58,032 nucleotides of DNA from a virus (IMGVR_UViG_3300013947_000006:1-58032), one strand, 5' to 3'; shown: positions 26,827 to 35,091, counted from the stretch's first letter. Made by a program: numbers and translations. The notes: generated from the letters alone by a model not told the origin.

Positions 26827-27150
26827 ATGGAAGGCATCACACCTGAAGCTTGGCTCAACCTTGGTATTCCTGGAGCGGCACTGTTCATTGTCCTGGTCAT
26901 TGTCATTTCAATGTTCAAGCAACAGAACAAAAGTGTAGATAAGCTCTGTGTCAAGATTGATGAGCTTGTAACTAGCTTCTCGGATAACAACCTGAAGCTT
27001 AATGAAGTTATCATTTCTAACGATAAGGACCAGAAAGAGGTCCTCAGAAAACTTGATGATATGAATGACATCATGAATGACATGCACAAGCGAATTGTTA
27101 GAATTGATACTCGTCTGTATGACAAAGCAAAAGTAGAAAAGGAGGAATAA
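26827..27150 (+). CDS. BhlA/UviB-type holin-like protein
   Basis: AAAGGAGG before ATG 26827; one N-terminal TM (GIPGAALFIVLVIVISMF) then a charged coiled coil; directly upstream of the endolysin. Confidence 0.6.
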   Translation: MEGITPEAWLNLGIPGAALFIVLVIVISMFKQQNKSVDKLCVKIDELVTSFSDNNLKLNEVIISNDKDQKEVLRKLDDMNDIMNDMHKRIVRIDTRLYDKAKVEKEE

Positions 27151-27152
27151 GT

Positions 27153-28145
27153 ATGTCAAACAGTTCTTTAGTAAATTGTACAGTATTGAGTCCTAATCAT
27201 AGTGGTAAGCGCACTCATAAGATTGACCGTATCACGCCTCACTGTGTTGTAGGTCAGCTCTCTGCCGAGTCTATTGGAGGTTGCTTTACAAGCACCTCCA
27301 GACAGGCATCTTGCAACTATGGCATTGGTAAAGATGGTCGTGTATGCTTAATCGTTGATGAAGCAAATCGCAGCTGGTGTAGCTCAAGTAACGCCAATGA
27401 CCAGCGTGCTATCACTATTGAGTGTGCCTCTGACATGTCAGAACCTTACACTATGAATAGTGCAGTCTATAACAAGCTTGTAGATTTGTGCATTGACATT
27501 TGTAAGCGTAATGGCATTAAGAAGCTGCTTTGGTTCGCAGATAAGAATAAGTCCTTATCTTACGAGCCGGCGAACGGCGAGGCGGTGCTTACTGTACATC
27601 GTTGGTTTGCAAACAAGTCTTGTCCTGGCAACTGGCTGTATAGCCGCCTTGGGGACCTTGCCTCTAAAGTAAACGCCAGCCTCGGCAATGCAGTGCCACA
27701 GCAGCCTTCTAATTCTAAAGCTCTTTACAGAGTTCAGACTGGTGCTTTCAAGAATAAAAGCAATGCTCAGACTCTTGAGGCAAAGGTTAAGAAGGCAGGC
27801 TTTGAAACTTGTATTGCAGTTGTAGATGGACTGTACAAAGTACAGGTAGGGGCGTACTCTAAGAAAGAGAATGCAAATGCACAGGCTGCAAAGCTTAAAG
27901 CTGCTGGCTTTGATTGCTTTGTAACTACAAATGGTTCGTCTAGCTCGTCTAGCTCTGGCGCAACGATTAAGGCAGGCAGCAAAGTAAAGGTTAAGTCTGG
28001 CGCTAAGACTTATACTGGAGGCAGCGTTGCAAGTTTCGTCTATAAGGGAACTTACACTGTAGGTGAACTTAAGGGAGACCGTGCAGTGCTTGACAAAAAT
28101 GGCATTTGCACACCATTCAATGTAAAAGACCTTGTATTAGCTTAA
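27153..28145 (+). CDS. Endolysin: N-acetylmuramoyl-L-alanine amidase + SPOR repeats + C-terminal SH3-like module
   Basis: Amidase_2-like N-terminus (HCVVGQ...NYGIGKDG...ITIECAS...HRWFANKSCPG); two SPOR-like repeats (YRVQTGAFKNKSNAQ..., YKVQVGAYSKKENAN...). Confidence 0.85.
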   Translation: MSNSSLVNCTVLSPNHSGKRTHKIDRITPHCVVGQLSAESIGGCFTSTSRQASCNYGIGKDGRVCLIVDEANRSWCSSSNANDQRAITIECASDMSEPYTMNSAVYNKLVDLCIDICKRNGIKKLLWFADKNKSLSYEPANGEAVLTVHRWFANKSCPGNWLYSRLGDLASKVNASLGNAVPQQPSNSKALYRVQTGAFKNKSNAQTLEAKVKKAGFETCIAVVDGLYKVQVGAYSKKENANAQAAKLKAAGFDCFVTTNGSSSSSSSGATIKAGSKVKVKSGAKTYTGGSVASFVYKGTYTVGELKGDRAVLDKNGICTPFNVKDLVLA

Positions 28146-28155
28146 CTAAAACGGG

Positions 28156-28186
28156 ACCCGGTATGAAAGTACCGGGTTTCTTCTTA
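28156..28186 (+). terminator. Rho-independent terminator of the late operon
   Basis: acccggta-tgaaag-taccgggt hairpin followed by ttcttctt. Confidence 0.75.
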
Positions 28187-28348
28187 TTAAAATATAAACG
28201 CGTTGCACGTTCGTAATTATAGGGCTATAATTTATATTAAAACTTTATTACGAACCCGCATATAACAAGTTACGCGTTCATAGTTACGCCTATGTTATTT
28301 TTGTATAATTATATTAAAAGCAGCCCCTCACGGTTTCCCACGGACGTG

Positions 28349-28377
28349 TTTACAACTTCTTTCTTATATATTATAAT
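28349..28377 (+). promoter_or_regulatory. Sigma-A consensus promoter for 28404..29132
   Basis: TTTACA-17 nt-TATAAT. Confidence 0.7.
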
Positions 28378-28403
28378 AAAGGAAGTAAAGGAGGTACAGA
28401 AAG

Positions 28404-29132
28404 ATGAGTACTAAATACAAATACAGCGCCGTGGCGAAGCGACGCAGACAACGAAGGCTGATGAGACGTCGTATAGCTTGCCTTGTAGTTTCCGCAAGTA
28501 TCATAGCCGGTTCAACACATGCCTTCAATCAATATCACAAGAAAAGTATACAAGCTCTTCAAAGTGACATTGACAAGCTTAACCAACAGGTTACTGAGCT
28601 GACTACGAGGAATCAGGAACTCAGCGCCGCGCTGCAGCAATCCAACGACAAATTAAGATTGTTTGTAGATGACGCAGAGGTGCACGGCGCCGAACCTACA
28701 TACTACGACATTCCGTTGAGTAAAGACCTACAACTTTACACTTACAACAGATGTGTAGAGTATGACATTCCGGAACATTATGAACTTGTACTTGCTATGG
28801 TGTGGCAAGAAAGTAACTACACGGCAAACCTAGTTAGTCCTACGGATGATTATGGTATCATGCAAATCAATTCTTGTAATCATTCCTGGTTAGTAGATTT
28901 ACTTGGGCCTACTGACTTTCTTGATGCTAGCGACAACATCAACGCTGGCGTCTACGTCATATCTAAACTTCTTATTAAATACGGTGATGAGCATAAGGCT
29001 CTTATGGCCTACAACATGGGTGAGCATGGCGCGTCACTTAATTGGCAGGCTGGAAACTACACAAGCACTTATAGTCGCGGCGTCGTGGCGAAGCGTGAAG
29101 CAATCGAAGCTAATAACTACAACGCTAATTAA
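28404..29132 (+). CDS. Membrane-anchored lytic transglycosylase (SLT domain)
   Basis: N-terminal basic + TM segment (RRIACLVVSASIIAG), coiled coil, then SLT catalytic block VWQESNYTANLVSPTDDYGIMQINS. Confidence 0.8.
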   Translation: MSTKYKYSAVAKRRRQRRLMRRRIACLVVSASIIAGSTHAFNQYHKKSIQALQSDIDKLNQQVTELTTRNQELSAALQQSNDKLRLFVDDAEVHGAEPTYYDIPLSKDLQLYTYNRCVEYDIPEHYELVLAMVWQESNYTANLVSPTDDYGIMQINSCNHSWLVDLLGPTDFLDASDNINAGVYVISKLLIKYGDEHKALMAYNMGEHGASLNWQAGNYTSTYSRGVVAKREAIEANNYNAN

Positions 29133-29149
29133 GAACTGATTAAAATTGC

Positions 29150-29395
29150 TAAAAATAGGGAATATATATAAGGAAATAAATATAAATAAGAAAAAAGCCC
29201 AAATATCAATATTCAATCAAATTATCTTATTTTTTAACTTTCTTAACATTCTTAACCTTCTTAACTTTTTGGCAACTTTTGTTCGGTTTTCAATTTTCAT
29301 TTTGAAAAACTTAAAAACAAATCCTTATAGACGAGTTTCGAGGGAGTACGTCAAAAAGTTAGGAAGGTTAAGAAAGTTGAGATGTTAAGAAAATG
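29150..29395 (+). repeat. AT-rich iteron element, copy 1 (inverted arms of 9-bp TTCTTAAC units)
   Basis: Left arm ~29231-29271 (TTTTTAACt TTCTTAACa TTCTTAACc TTCTTAACt). Right arm 29352-29392 is its imperfect reverse complement. ~80-bp A/T spacer. Homologous to 56965-57325 in the opposite orientation. Confidence 0.85.
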
Positions 29396-29470
29396 CCAAG
29401 GGCCTTGCTCACGCCAGGTCGCTGGCAGCCCCGCAAAGGACACCTGTAGAAAATCCGTAAGGAAAGGGGG

Positions 29471-29499
29471 TTTACTTTTAGGGGTAGGGGGTGTATAAT
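29471..29499 (+). promoter_or_regulatory. Sigma-A-type promoter at the start of the replication module
   Basis: TTTACT-17 nt-TATAAT. Confidence 0.65.
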
Positions 29500-29565
29500 A
29501 ATATCATAAGGTGCGGGACACCTAATAGAGACAATAGTCGAATATAAGAAAGGATGGTAATTACC

Positions 29566-29955
29566 ATGGCAAAGAAATTTGAAGTTGAAGTAACTGTTCC
29601 TGAAGGAATGAGCGCTGGTGACAAGTTCACTATCGAAGTCGAGGCTCCTGTAGCTGAGAAGAAACCGCGTGGTCAGCTGGCTGGTATCGCTCTTGAGGAC
29701 ATGACTGACGAGCAGCTTAAGCGTGAGATTATCAACGCAAACTCTGTTCTGTACAAGGCTAAGCAGCGTGGCGCTTCTGAGGAGACTATCGCAGCTAACC
29801 AGGCGCGTGTTGATGCAGCTAAGGCTGAGAAAGCTAAGCGTGCCGGCACTCCTGCAGAGAGTGAAGCTCCTAACGTTGAGGCAGCTATGGAGGGTAACAC
29901 TGAGGCTGCTGGTGAAGACGGCATGTACGACGAGCAGGCAGCTGCTGAGATGTAA
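29566..29955 (+). CDS. Hypothetical A/E-rich acidic protein (129 aa)
   Basis: ATG 29566 preferred over 29554 (which abuts the GAAAGGA RBS); first gene after promoter 29471. Confidence 0.65.
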   Translation: MAKKFEVEVTVPEGMSAGDKFTIEVEAPVAEKKPRGQLAGIALEDMTDEQLKREIINANSVLYKAKQRGASEETIAANQARVDAAKAEKAKRAGTPAESEAPNVEAAMEGNTEAAGEDGMYDEQAAAEM

Positions 29956-30189
29956 TTCTCACAGTATGAGGTGTAGTTGTTACACCTCAGCAATCGGCGT
30001 GTGTTCTTAGAATGCTCGCCGATTGTTAAGAGCCCATAAGGTCTCTAGCTGGTAAAGACGCGGGACCTCTTACTTTATGGACTCTTAACAGTCGGTGAAC
30101 AACTTCACAGACTAGTAGCGCCGCGGCATATGATTGAGTGTAGTTCATCCCTACTTCAACACAAGTGTATGCCACGGCACTCCTTCTAT

Positions 30190-30263
30190 GGCGGGGTAGA
30201 GCAGCTTGGTAGCTCGCTGGGTTCATAACCCAGAGGTCGGTGGTTCAAATCCATCTCCCGCAA
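30190..30263 (+). tRNA. tRNA-Met (CAT), initiator-type
   Basis: Hand-folded cloverleaf: G1:A72 mismatch, A11:U24, three G:C pairs closing the anticodon stem (CTGGG-TTCATAA-CCCAG). Very close to the E. coli tRNA-fMet layout. No encoded CCA. Confidence 0.85.
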
Positions 30264-30360
30264 TTATTGTCCTGGCAGACGAAACCAAAGTAAAGGACCG
30301 GATACATAAATGCGTTCATTGGGACATGACAGTTATGAAGCTGGGAAAGCTGTCAATTAT

Positions 30361-30433
30361 GGGGTATTAGCTCAGTTGGGAGAGCGCCTGCTTTGCAAGC
30401 AGGAAGTCAAGGGTTCAAGCCCCTTATGCTCCA
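30361..30433 (+). tRNA. tRNA-Ala (TGC)
   Basis: Cloverleaf with G3:U70 identity pair, anticodon loop TTTGCAA, T-loop TTCAAGC. Confidence 0.9.
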
Positions 30434-30437
30434 CTGT

Positions 30438-30513
30438 GTACTTGTAGCTCAACGGATAGAGCGCTCGGCTACGAACCGAGAGGTTGGGGGTTCGAAACCC
30501 TTCAAGTGCACCA
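30438..30513 (+). tRNA. tRNA-Arg (ACG), CCA encoded
   Basis: Acceptor gtacttg/caagtgc, D-arm gctc-aacggata-gagc, anticodon loop CTACGAA, T-loop TTCGAAA, 3' ACCA. Confidence 0.85.
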
Positions 30514-30587
30514 GAGTCCTAGCATTGGTCTTTTTGAGATAGTCTGTCATCTACCTCGCTTTCAGCCGATGCTAGAACTACAAAGAT

Positions 30588-30618
30588 GTCTGCATGATAA
30601 GTGCAGACTATTCTTTGG
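30588..30618 (+). terminator. Terminator after the tRNA cluster
   Basis: gtctgca-tgataag-tgcagac hairpin followed by tattctttgg. Confidence 0.55.
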
Positions 30619-30664
30619 ATGAAAGTCTTAAAAGGCGGGTAACTAGTTTGAGGAGGTGTCCAGA

Positions 30665-32365
30665 TTGAGAAACAAAATATTGATGTCTAGAAACTGCCTT
30701 GAAGTTCAGTGCGACCGCAATGATTTGGAAACGCAGAAGCTAATGTCTAGCATTTACCCTATTCATACGAATAGAATAAAGACTCAGTACAGAATGTCTA
30801 TACATAACGTACCGGAGGTTCTGAAGCTACTCAGAGGAATTGGTGCAGATAATATTGACACTGCTCCACCACAAGTTCAGGGGTACTTTTATAAGGAACT
30901 GGCCATTAGAAGTAATGTAGAAGATTTGATTAAGAACGGGCCAAGGAAATCCTTTAAGGTAAATGAGCATTTGACGCTTATGCGCCATCAGCAGCTGGGG
31001 CGAGAGATTGCTAGATACCAAGACAGATATGCGTTCTTCTATGACACACGTACAGGTAAGACACCTTTATCATTATCAATAATGTATGACGACATTGTAG
31101 CTAATCCTACACACAAGTGGTTAGTAGTATGTCCGTTAATTCTTATTGAGAATGCATGGATACCTGACGCAGCTGAATTCATTCCAGAGATTAAAGTTGT
31201 TAGTTGCCACGCCGCAACGCCTGCAAAGCGCTTAGAGCGTATTAACTCAGAAGCAAACATTTACGTGACCAATACTGAGTCATTCGTTAAATATCGAGAA
31301 CACTTTGATAAGTTACACCTGGTCGGCTGTATTATCGATGAGAGTTCAGATATGAAGAGTCCGAAGTCAAAGGTCAGTAAAGAGCTTGTAGATTTTGCAC
31401 AGACTCTAGAACGCTTCTATCTTTTATCTGGTACGCCTGCACCTAACGGTGAGCAAGAATATTACATGCAGCTAAGAGCTGTGGACTACTATGGAATACA
31501 ACAGAGCTACTCCCAGTTTAAGGAACACTACTTTGTTAACATGTCCTACAATCCACAGTATGAAAAGCTGGCTTTAAGACCAGATAAAAAGGACGAGCTC
31601 TTTTCCTTGATTAGGAAGTATGCTTTGTATGTAGATAAAGAGGATGTACTTACAACGCCTGGCAGAACATTCCATGAAGTGGAATTTGAAATGCCTGCTG
31701 AGCTTAAGAAGCGCTACAATAAGCTTAAGAATGAGCTGTACATGGAAATAGGTGATGGGCTTAGAATTACAGCGCCTAGTGCTGCTGCAAAACTTAACAA
31801 GCTTAACCAGGTAACATCTGGCTTCATTATTGATACACAGGCTGTAAAAGAAAATAAGTTCTATAACGAGGATAAGACTGAGCTGTATCAGCTGAGCGAT
31901 TATCGCTTTGCGAAGCTTATTGACTTGCTTGGTCAGATTGGTGACGAGCAGGTTCTTATCTGGGCAAACTACAAGGCAGAGTTCAGAATTATACAACAGG
32001 CTCTTGGAGACTCGTGTAGATGCGTGTATGGTGAAACAACTTTAGCAGAGAAGAATGAAGCAATTAAGCTATTCAAAGAAGGCAAGATTCAGTATTTGAT
32101 TGCAAACCCAGCATCAGCTGACAAAGGTTTGACGCTCACAAATGCCCACATATCGATTTATTTCAGCTTGAATTGGTCCTATGAACTTTTTAAGCAGTCT
32201 ATGGAACGAATATATGGTGATGTGATGAAGCAGCCAAAACATTGCGATTACTACGTAATGATTGCTAAAGGAACTATCGACAGGGTTCTGTATAGCGATG
32301 TACTTCAAGGTAAAGGTGAAGCAAGCTATGCGGTGCTTAATCACTTGAAAGGAGGCAATATCTAA
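30665..32365 (+). CDS. SNF2-family helicase/ATPase
   Basis: Motif I DTRTGKT, motif II IIDESSDM, motif III LSGTPAPN. The start is uncertain: TTG 30665 lies 8 nt after AGGAGG, while the ORF-track GTG 30656 overlaps the RBS. Confidence 0.85.
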   Translation: MRNKILMSRNCLEVQCDRNDLETQKLMSSIYPIHTNRIKTQYRMSIHNVPEVLKLLRGIGADNIDTAPPQVQGYFYKELAIRSNVEDLIKNGPRKSFKVNEHLTLMRHQQLGREIARYQDRYAFFYDTRTGKTPLSLSIMYDDIVANPTHKWLVVCPLILIENAWIPDAAEFIPEIKVVSCHAATPAKRLERINSEANIYVTNTESFVKYREHFDKLHLVGCIIDESSDMKSPKSKVSKELVDFAQTLERFYLLSGTPAPNGEQEYYMQLRAVDYYGIQQSYSQFKEHYFVNMSYNPQYEKLALRPDKKDELFSLIRKYALYVDKEDVLTTPGRTFHEVEFEMPAELKKRYNKLKNELYMEIGDGLRITAPSAAAKLNKLNQVTSGFIIDTQAVKENKFYNEDKTELYQLSDYRFAKLIDLLGQIGDEQVLIWANYKAEFRIIQQALGDSCRCVYGETTLAEKNEAIKLFKEGKIQYLIANPASADKGLTLTNAHISIYFSLNWSYELFKQSMERIYGDVMKQPKHCDYYVMIAKGTIDRVLYSDVLQGKGEASYAVLNHLKGGNI

Positions 32366-32547
32366 TGTACTACATAACCATTGGAGAGCTTATTGCATCC
32401 TTACAGAAGTTGCCTAAAGATGCAGAGGTAAGTACCATTGCCTATCGAACATTTGGCAGTGATAGAGCTTTTGTATTCACGGCACATAATGACAAAGAGT
32501 TAGGCGCTGCAACGCTTAAGTGGCGGCCTAATGAGAAAGAGGTGTAG
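32365..32547 (+). CDS. Hypothetical protein (60 aa)
   Basis: TAATG coupling to the SNF2 gene. Confidence 0.55.
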   Translation: MYYITIGELIASLQKLPKDAEVSTIAYRTFGSDRAFVFTAHNDKELGAATLKWRPNEKEV

Positions 32548-32551
32548 ATTA

Positions 32552-32749
32552 GTGCATGTAAAAACTGTCAATGTGACAAACCCTAGAAATGTGCTTGTGC
32601 AAGTGCCTAGCTTTGTAATTGCAAACTGGGGAGTTACACTTGGCAGCCATTTGGAGGTGCATTATGACGAACAGAAACAAACCGTTACCATCCGCCCAGC
32701 AGTACAGCGACGAAGCAACACTGTTAAGAAAAGTGATGGAGTGGCTTGA
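32552..32749 (+). CDS. AbrB/SpoVT-like DNA-binding protein (putative)
   Basis: VKTVNVTNPRNVLVQVPSFVIANWGVTLGSHLEVHYD swapped-hairpin-like sequence; GTG 32552 lies 9 nt after AGAAAGAGG (alternative ATG 32531). Confidence 0.5.
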   Translation: MHVKTVNVTNPRNVLVQVPSFVIANWGVTLGSHLEVHYDEQKQTVTIRPAVQRRSNTVKKSDGVA

Positions 32750-32999
32750 GCCGCAGCAGCGAGAGCGAATTAAAGCTATTCGTGTTTGTGACAGATACAA
32801 TAAGGGTTACTCTGACGTATTCATATGCGTACATGGCATTTTAGTCCTTGCTGAATTGAAGGATGACACCGGCACTCCGTCGCCTCACCAGGAAATATTC
32901 CTCGATGAGATGCGCGCTGCCGGGGCTATAGGAGGAATATGTAGGTCTGTCAAAGATGTGGCAGATTTAGTTGAACAGGCTAAGTCAATAATAGAATAA
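32664..32999 (+). CDS. VRR-NUC domain nuclease
   Basis: VFICVHGILVLAELKDDTGTPSPHQEIFLDEMRAAGAIGGICRS (D...ExK...Q pattern). Start at ATG 32664 overlaps the previous gene; exact start uncertain. Confidence 0.7.
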   Translation: MTNRNKPLPSAQQYSDEATLLRKVMEWLEPQQRERIKAIRVCDRYNKGYSDVFICVHGILVLAELKDDTGTPSPHQEIFLDEMRAAGAIGGICRSVKDVADLVEQAKSIIE

Positions 33000-33012
33000 A
33001 GGAGGGAGTCCG

Positions 33013-33579
33013 ATGCAGGATGACATCAATGCTACGATAGCCAAGCATCTTGGTCTTATCTTTAAGCAGCTTAATAAGTTCAATCTTGCTAAGGACCCTG
33101 AAGCAGAGAGTATTGGTTATGAGGCGCTTTACAATGCAATATTAACGTATGACCAAAACAAGAAAGTACGATTTTCTACATACGCTTCAGTGTGTATCTA
33201 CAATGCTTTGGGGTCATACGTAAGAACACAAAACAAACAGCGCCAGTTAGAAGTAATCTCTTACAACAATGTTGCTTACTCAGAAGATGGCACAGACCAT
33301 GAGTTTGTAGATTTTCTTTCAACACCTTCTGATGTAGAGCAGGACTTTATGAAGAAAGAACTACACAGGATTGTAAGGGAAGAATTTCAGAAACAGTATG
33401 ATACACTGACAAATAAGAAGCACCAAGTTATCATATCACTGTGGCGCGACTCAGAATATGAGGCTTCCATGGTATCGATAGCGAAACAAGCAGGCGTTTC
33501 TCAACCATATGTCAGTCAAGTCATAAATAGCTTCAAATTTAATTTAAGAAAGAAACTGGAGGAGCATTACTATGATTGA
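33013..33579 (+). CDS. Sigma-70 family RNA polymerase sigma factor (regions 2 and 4 only)
   Basis: Region 2-like YEALYNAILTYDQNKKVRFSTYASVCIYNAL; region 4 HTH SIAKQAGVSQPYVSQVINSF; 188 aa. Confidence 0.8.
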   Translation: MQDDINATIAKHLGLIFKQLNKFNLAKDPEAESIGYEALYNAILTYDQNKKVRFSTYASVCIYNALGSYVRTQNKQRQLEVISYNNVAYSEDGTDHEFVDFLSTPSDVEQDFMKKELHRIVREEFQKQYDTLTNKKHQVIISLWRDSEYEASMVSIAKQAGVSQPYVSQVINSFKFNLRKKLEEHYYD

Positions 33580-34927
33580 AGTCGCAAAAGTAATCGACCT
33601 GGTGTCAAGAACATCAGGCACAAACGACAAACAGTACCTGCTTAAGAAGAACGAGCAGGTTCCGGGTCTTAAGACTATTCTTAAGTTCATTTATGACCCG
33701 TACACAAGAACAGGTATTTCTAAGGCCAAGCTTGCAAAGGCACTTAAGATGGCTGAAGCACGCGGTCCTCATGTAGTCGGTGAGGATAACGCAGTTACCT
33801 ACAAACAGATGATTGACTACCTGAAGTCGCATACTACTGGCAATGAGTCTGACCTTGCAATGGCGGCACGTTTCATTAACTGCACCAAAGCAACCCAGCC
33901 AGACGCTGAATGGCTTGCTAGAGCCATTGTTACGCAGGAGCTTAAAATCGGCGTTACAGCAACTACACTTAACAAAGTGTACGGCAGTGACTTTATTCCT
34001 AAAATTGGCTGTATGCTTGGAACACTCTACGGTGATGTAGGTCCGGAGAAAACAAAGTGGCCATGTATCGTAACAGAAAAGCTTGATGGCATCCGCCGTA
34101 TTCTTGTTAAAGAGAATGGTGTGTGTAGATGCTATAGCCGTTCAGGGCATGAAGATACTGGCCTTGTAGAAATTATTGAGGATGCAAAATATCTTCCTAA
34201 CAATACAGTGTACGATGGAGAGCTTTTAGCAGCTGGTATATTCAAGGATTGTATTGCCCAGCGTCAGGCTACAAACTCTATCGCAAATAGCAAGGGTACA
34301 AAAACAGGCCTTACTTTTAACGTATTTGATATGGTTCCGCTTGATGAGTTCAGAGCAGGCATCTCTGCTGATAAAGCACTGGTTCGTAAAGTCACTCTTG
34401 GTGCTACCTTAATGGACGAAAGTATCCAGATACTTGAACCAGAAAAGTGGGCTGTGCTTATTCAGGCCTTTGGTATTCACCAGGCACTTAAAGCAATTAG
34501 ACCTGTACCTATTCTTGGTTTTGTAAAGAACATGTCAGATGTTGAGCCAATTGTTAACAAGATTTGGGCTCGCGGCGGCGAGGGAGTTATGCTTAACTCG
34601 TCTATTGGTAAGTATGAGATTAAGCGTTCTAAAGAGTTGCTTAAAGTGAAGCATACTGAAGAGCATACTCTTGAGGTTGTAGATATTCTTGAAGGTACTG
34701 GCAAGTTTGAAGGTATGATGGGTGCTCTTGTAGTTGACTACAATGGTAATAAGCTTGGTGTAGGCTCTGGCTTTAACGATGCTCAGCGCCAAGCCATCTG
34801 GGACAGTCCTGACAAGTATCTGGGTCGCAGCATTGAGATTGACACATTTGGCGAATCTACAAATGCTCTTGGTGAGAAATCTCTCAACTGTCCTATCTTT
34901 AAGAGATTTGTAGGAGAGGGGGAATAA
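33572..34927 (+). CDS. ATP-dependent DNA ligase
   Basis: Adenylation motif I EKLDGIR, motif IV EGVMLN, motif V LLKVK; 451 aa. Confidence 0.85.
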   Translation: MIEVAKVIDLVSRTSGTNDKQYLLKKNEQVPGLKTILKFIYDPYTRTGISKAKLAKALKMAEARGPHVVGEDNAVTYKQMIDYLKSHTTGNESDLAMAARFINCTKATQPDAEWLARAIVTQELKIGVTATTLNKVYGSDFIPKIGCMLGTLYGDVGPEKTKWPCIVTEKLDGIRRILVKENGVCRCYSRSGHEDTGLVEIIEDAKYLPNNTVYDGELLAAGIFKDCIAQRQATNSIANSKGTKTGLTFNVFDMVPLDEFRAGISADKALVRKVTLGATLMDESIQILEPEKWAVLIQAFGIHQALKAIRPVPILGFVKNMSDVEPIVNKIWARGGEGVMLNSSIGKYEIKRSKELLKVKHTEEHTLEVVDILEGTGKFEGMMGALVVDYNGNKLGVGSGFNDAQRQAIWDSPDKYLGRSIEIDTFGESTNALGEKSLNCPIFKRFVGEGE

Positions 34928-34929
34928 AT

Positions 34930-35091
34930 GTGCTTAATACAGATGTCAATATTTGTAATGCGTGTAGATGCACACAGTTCGGTAATGAGCCAGCTAATAC
35001 ACGTGAAGACAATCAGTGCTCAGAAGAAGCTTGTGCAGAAGCTACTAAGCATTATAATGAGAAGACTGAGGAAAGTGAGGTGCATGAATAA
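34930..35091 (+). CDS. Hypothetical small Cys-rich acidic protein (53 aa, GTG start; below the ORF-track cutoff)
   Basis: Hand-translated VLNTDVNICNACRCTQFGNEPANTRENQCSEEACAEATKHYNEKTEESEVHE; GGAGAGGGGG 7 nt upstream; stop overlaps the next ATG (TAATG). Confidence 0.4.
   Translation: MLNTDVNICNACRCTQFGNEPANTREDNQCSEEACAEATKHYNEKTEESEVHE

Noticed and set aside
29146-29388. 80-aa ORFs 29146..29388 and 56892..57134, which resemble each other (FLNILNILNLL ... RLRKLR)
   Set aside because: The similarity comes from translating the TTCTTAAC iteron arms. The ORFs span promoter and spacer DNA, have no RBS, and the two copies are on opposite element strands.
30123-30177. Possible fourth tRNA or tRNA-like element (ggcata...tatgcc stem with a gtag-TTCATCC-ctac anticodon-like hairpin)
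   Set aside because: Only ~37 nt lie between the putative acceptor halves and there are no D or T arms. It is too short for a tRNA and is probably just leader structure.
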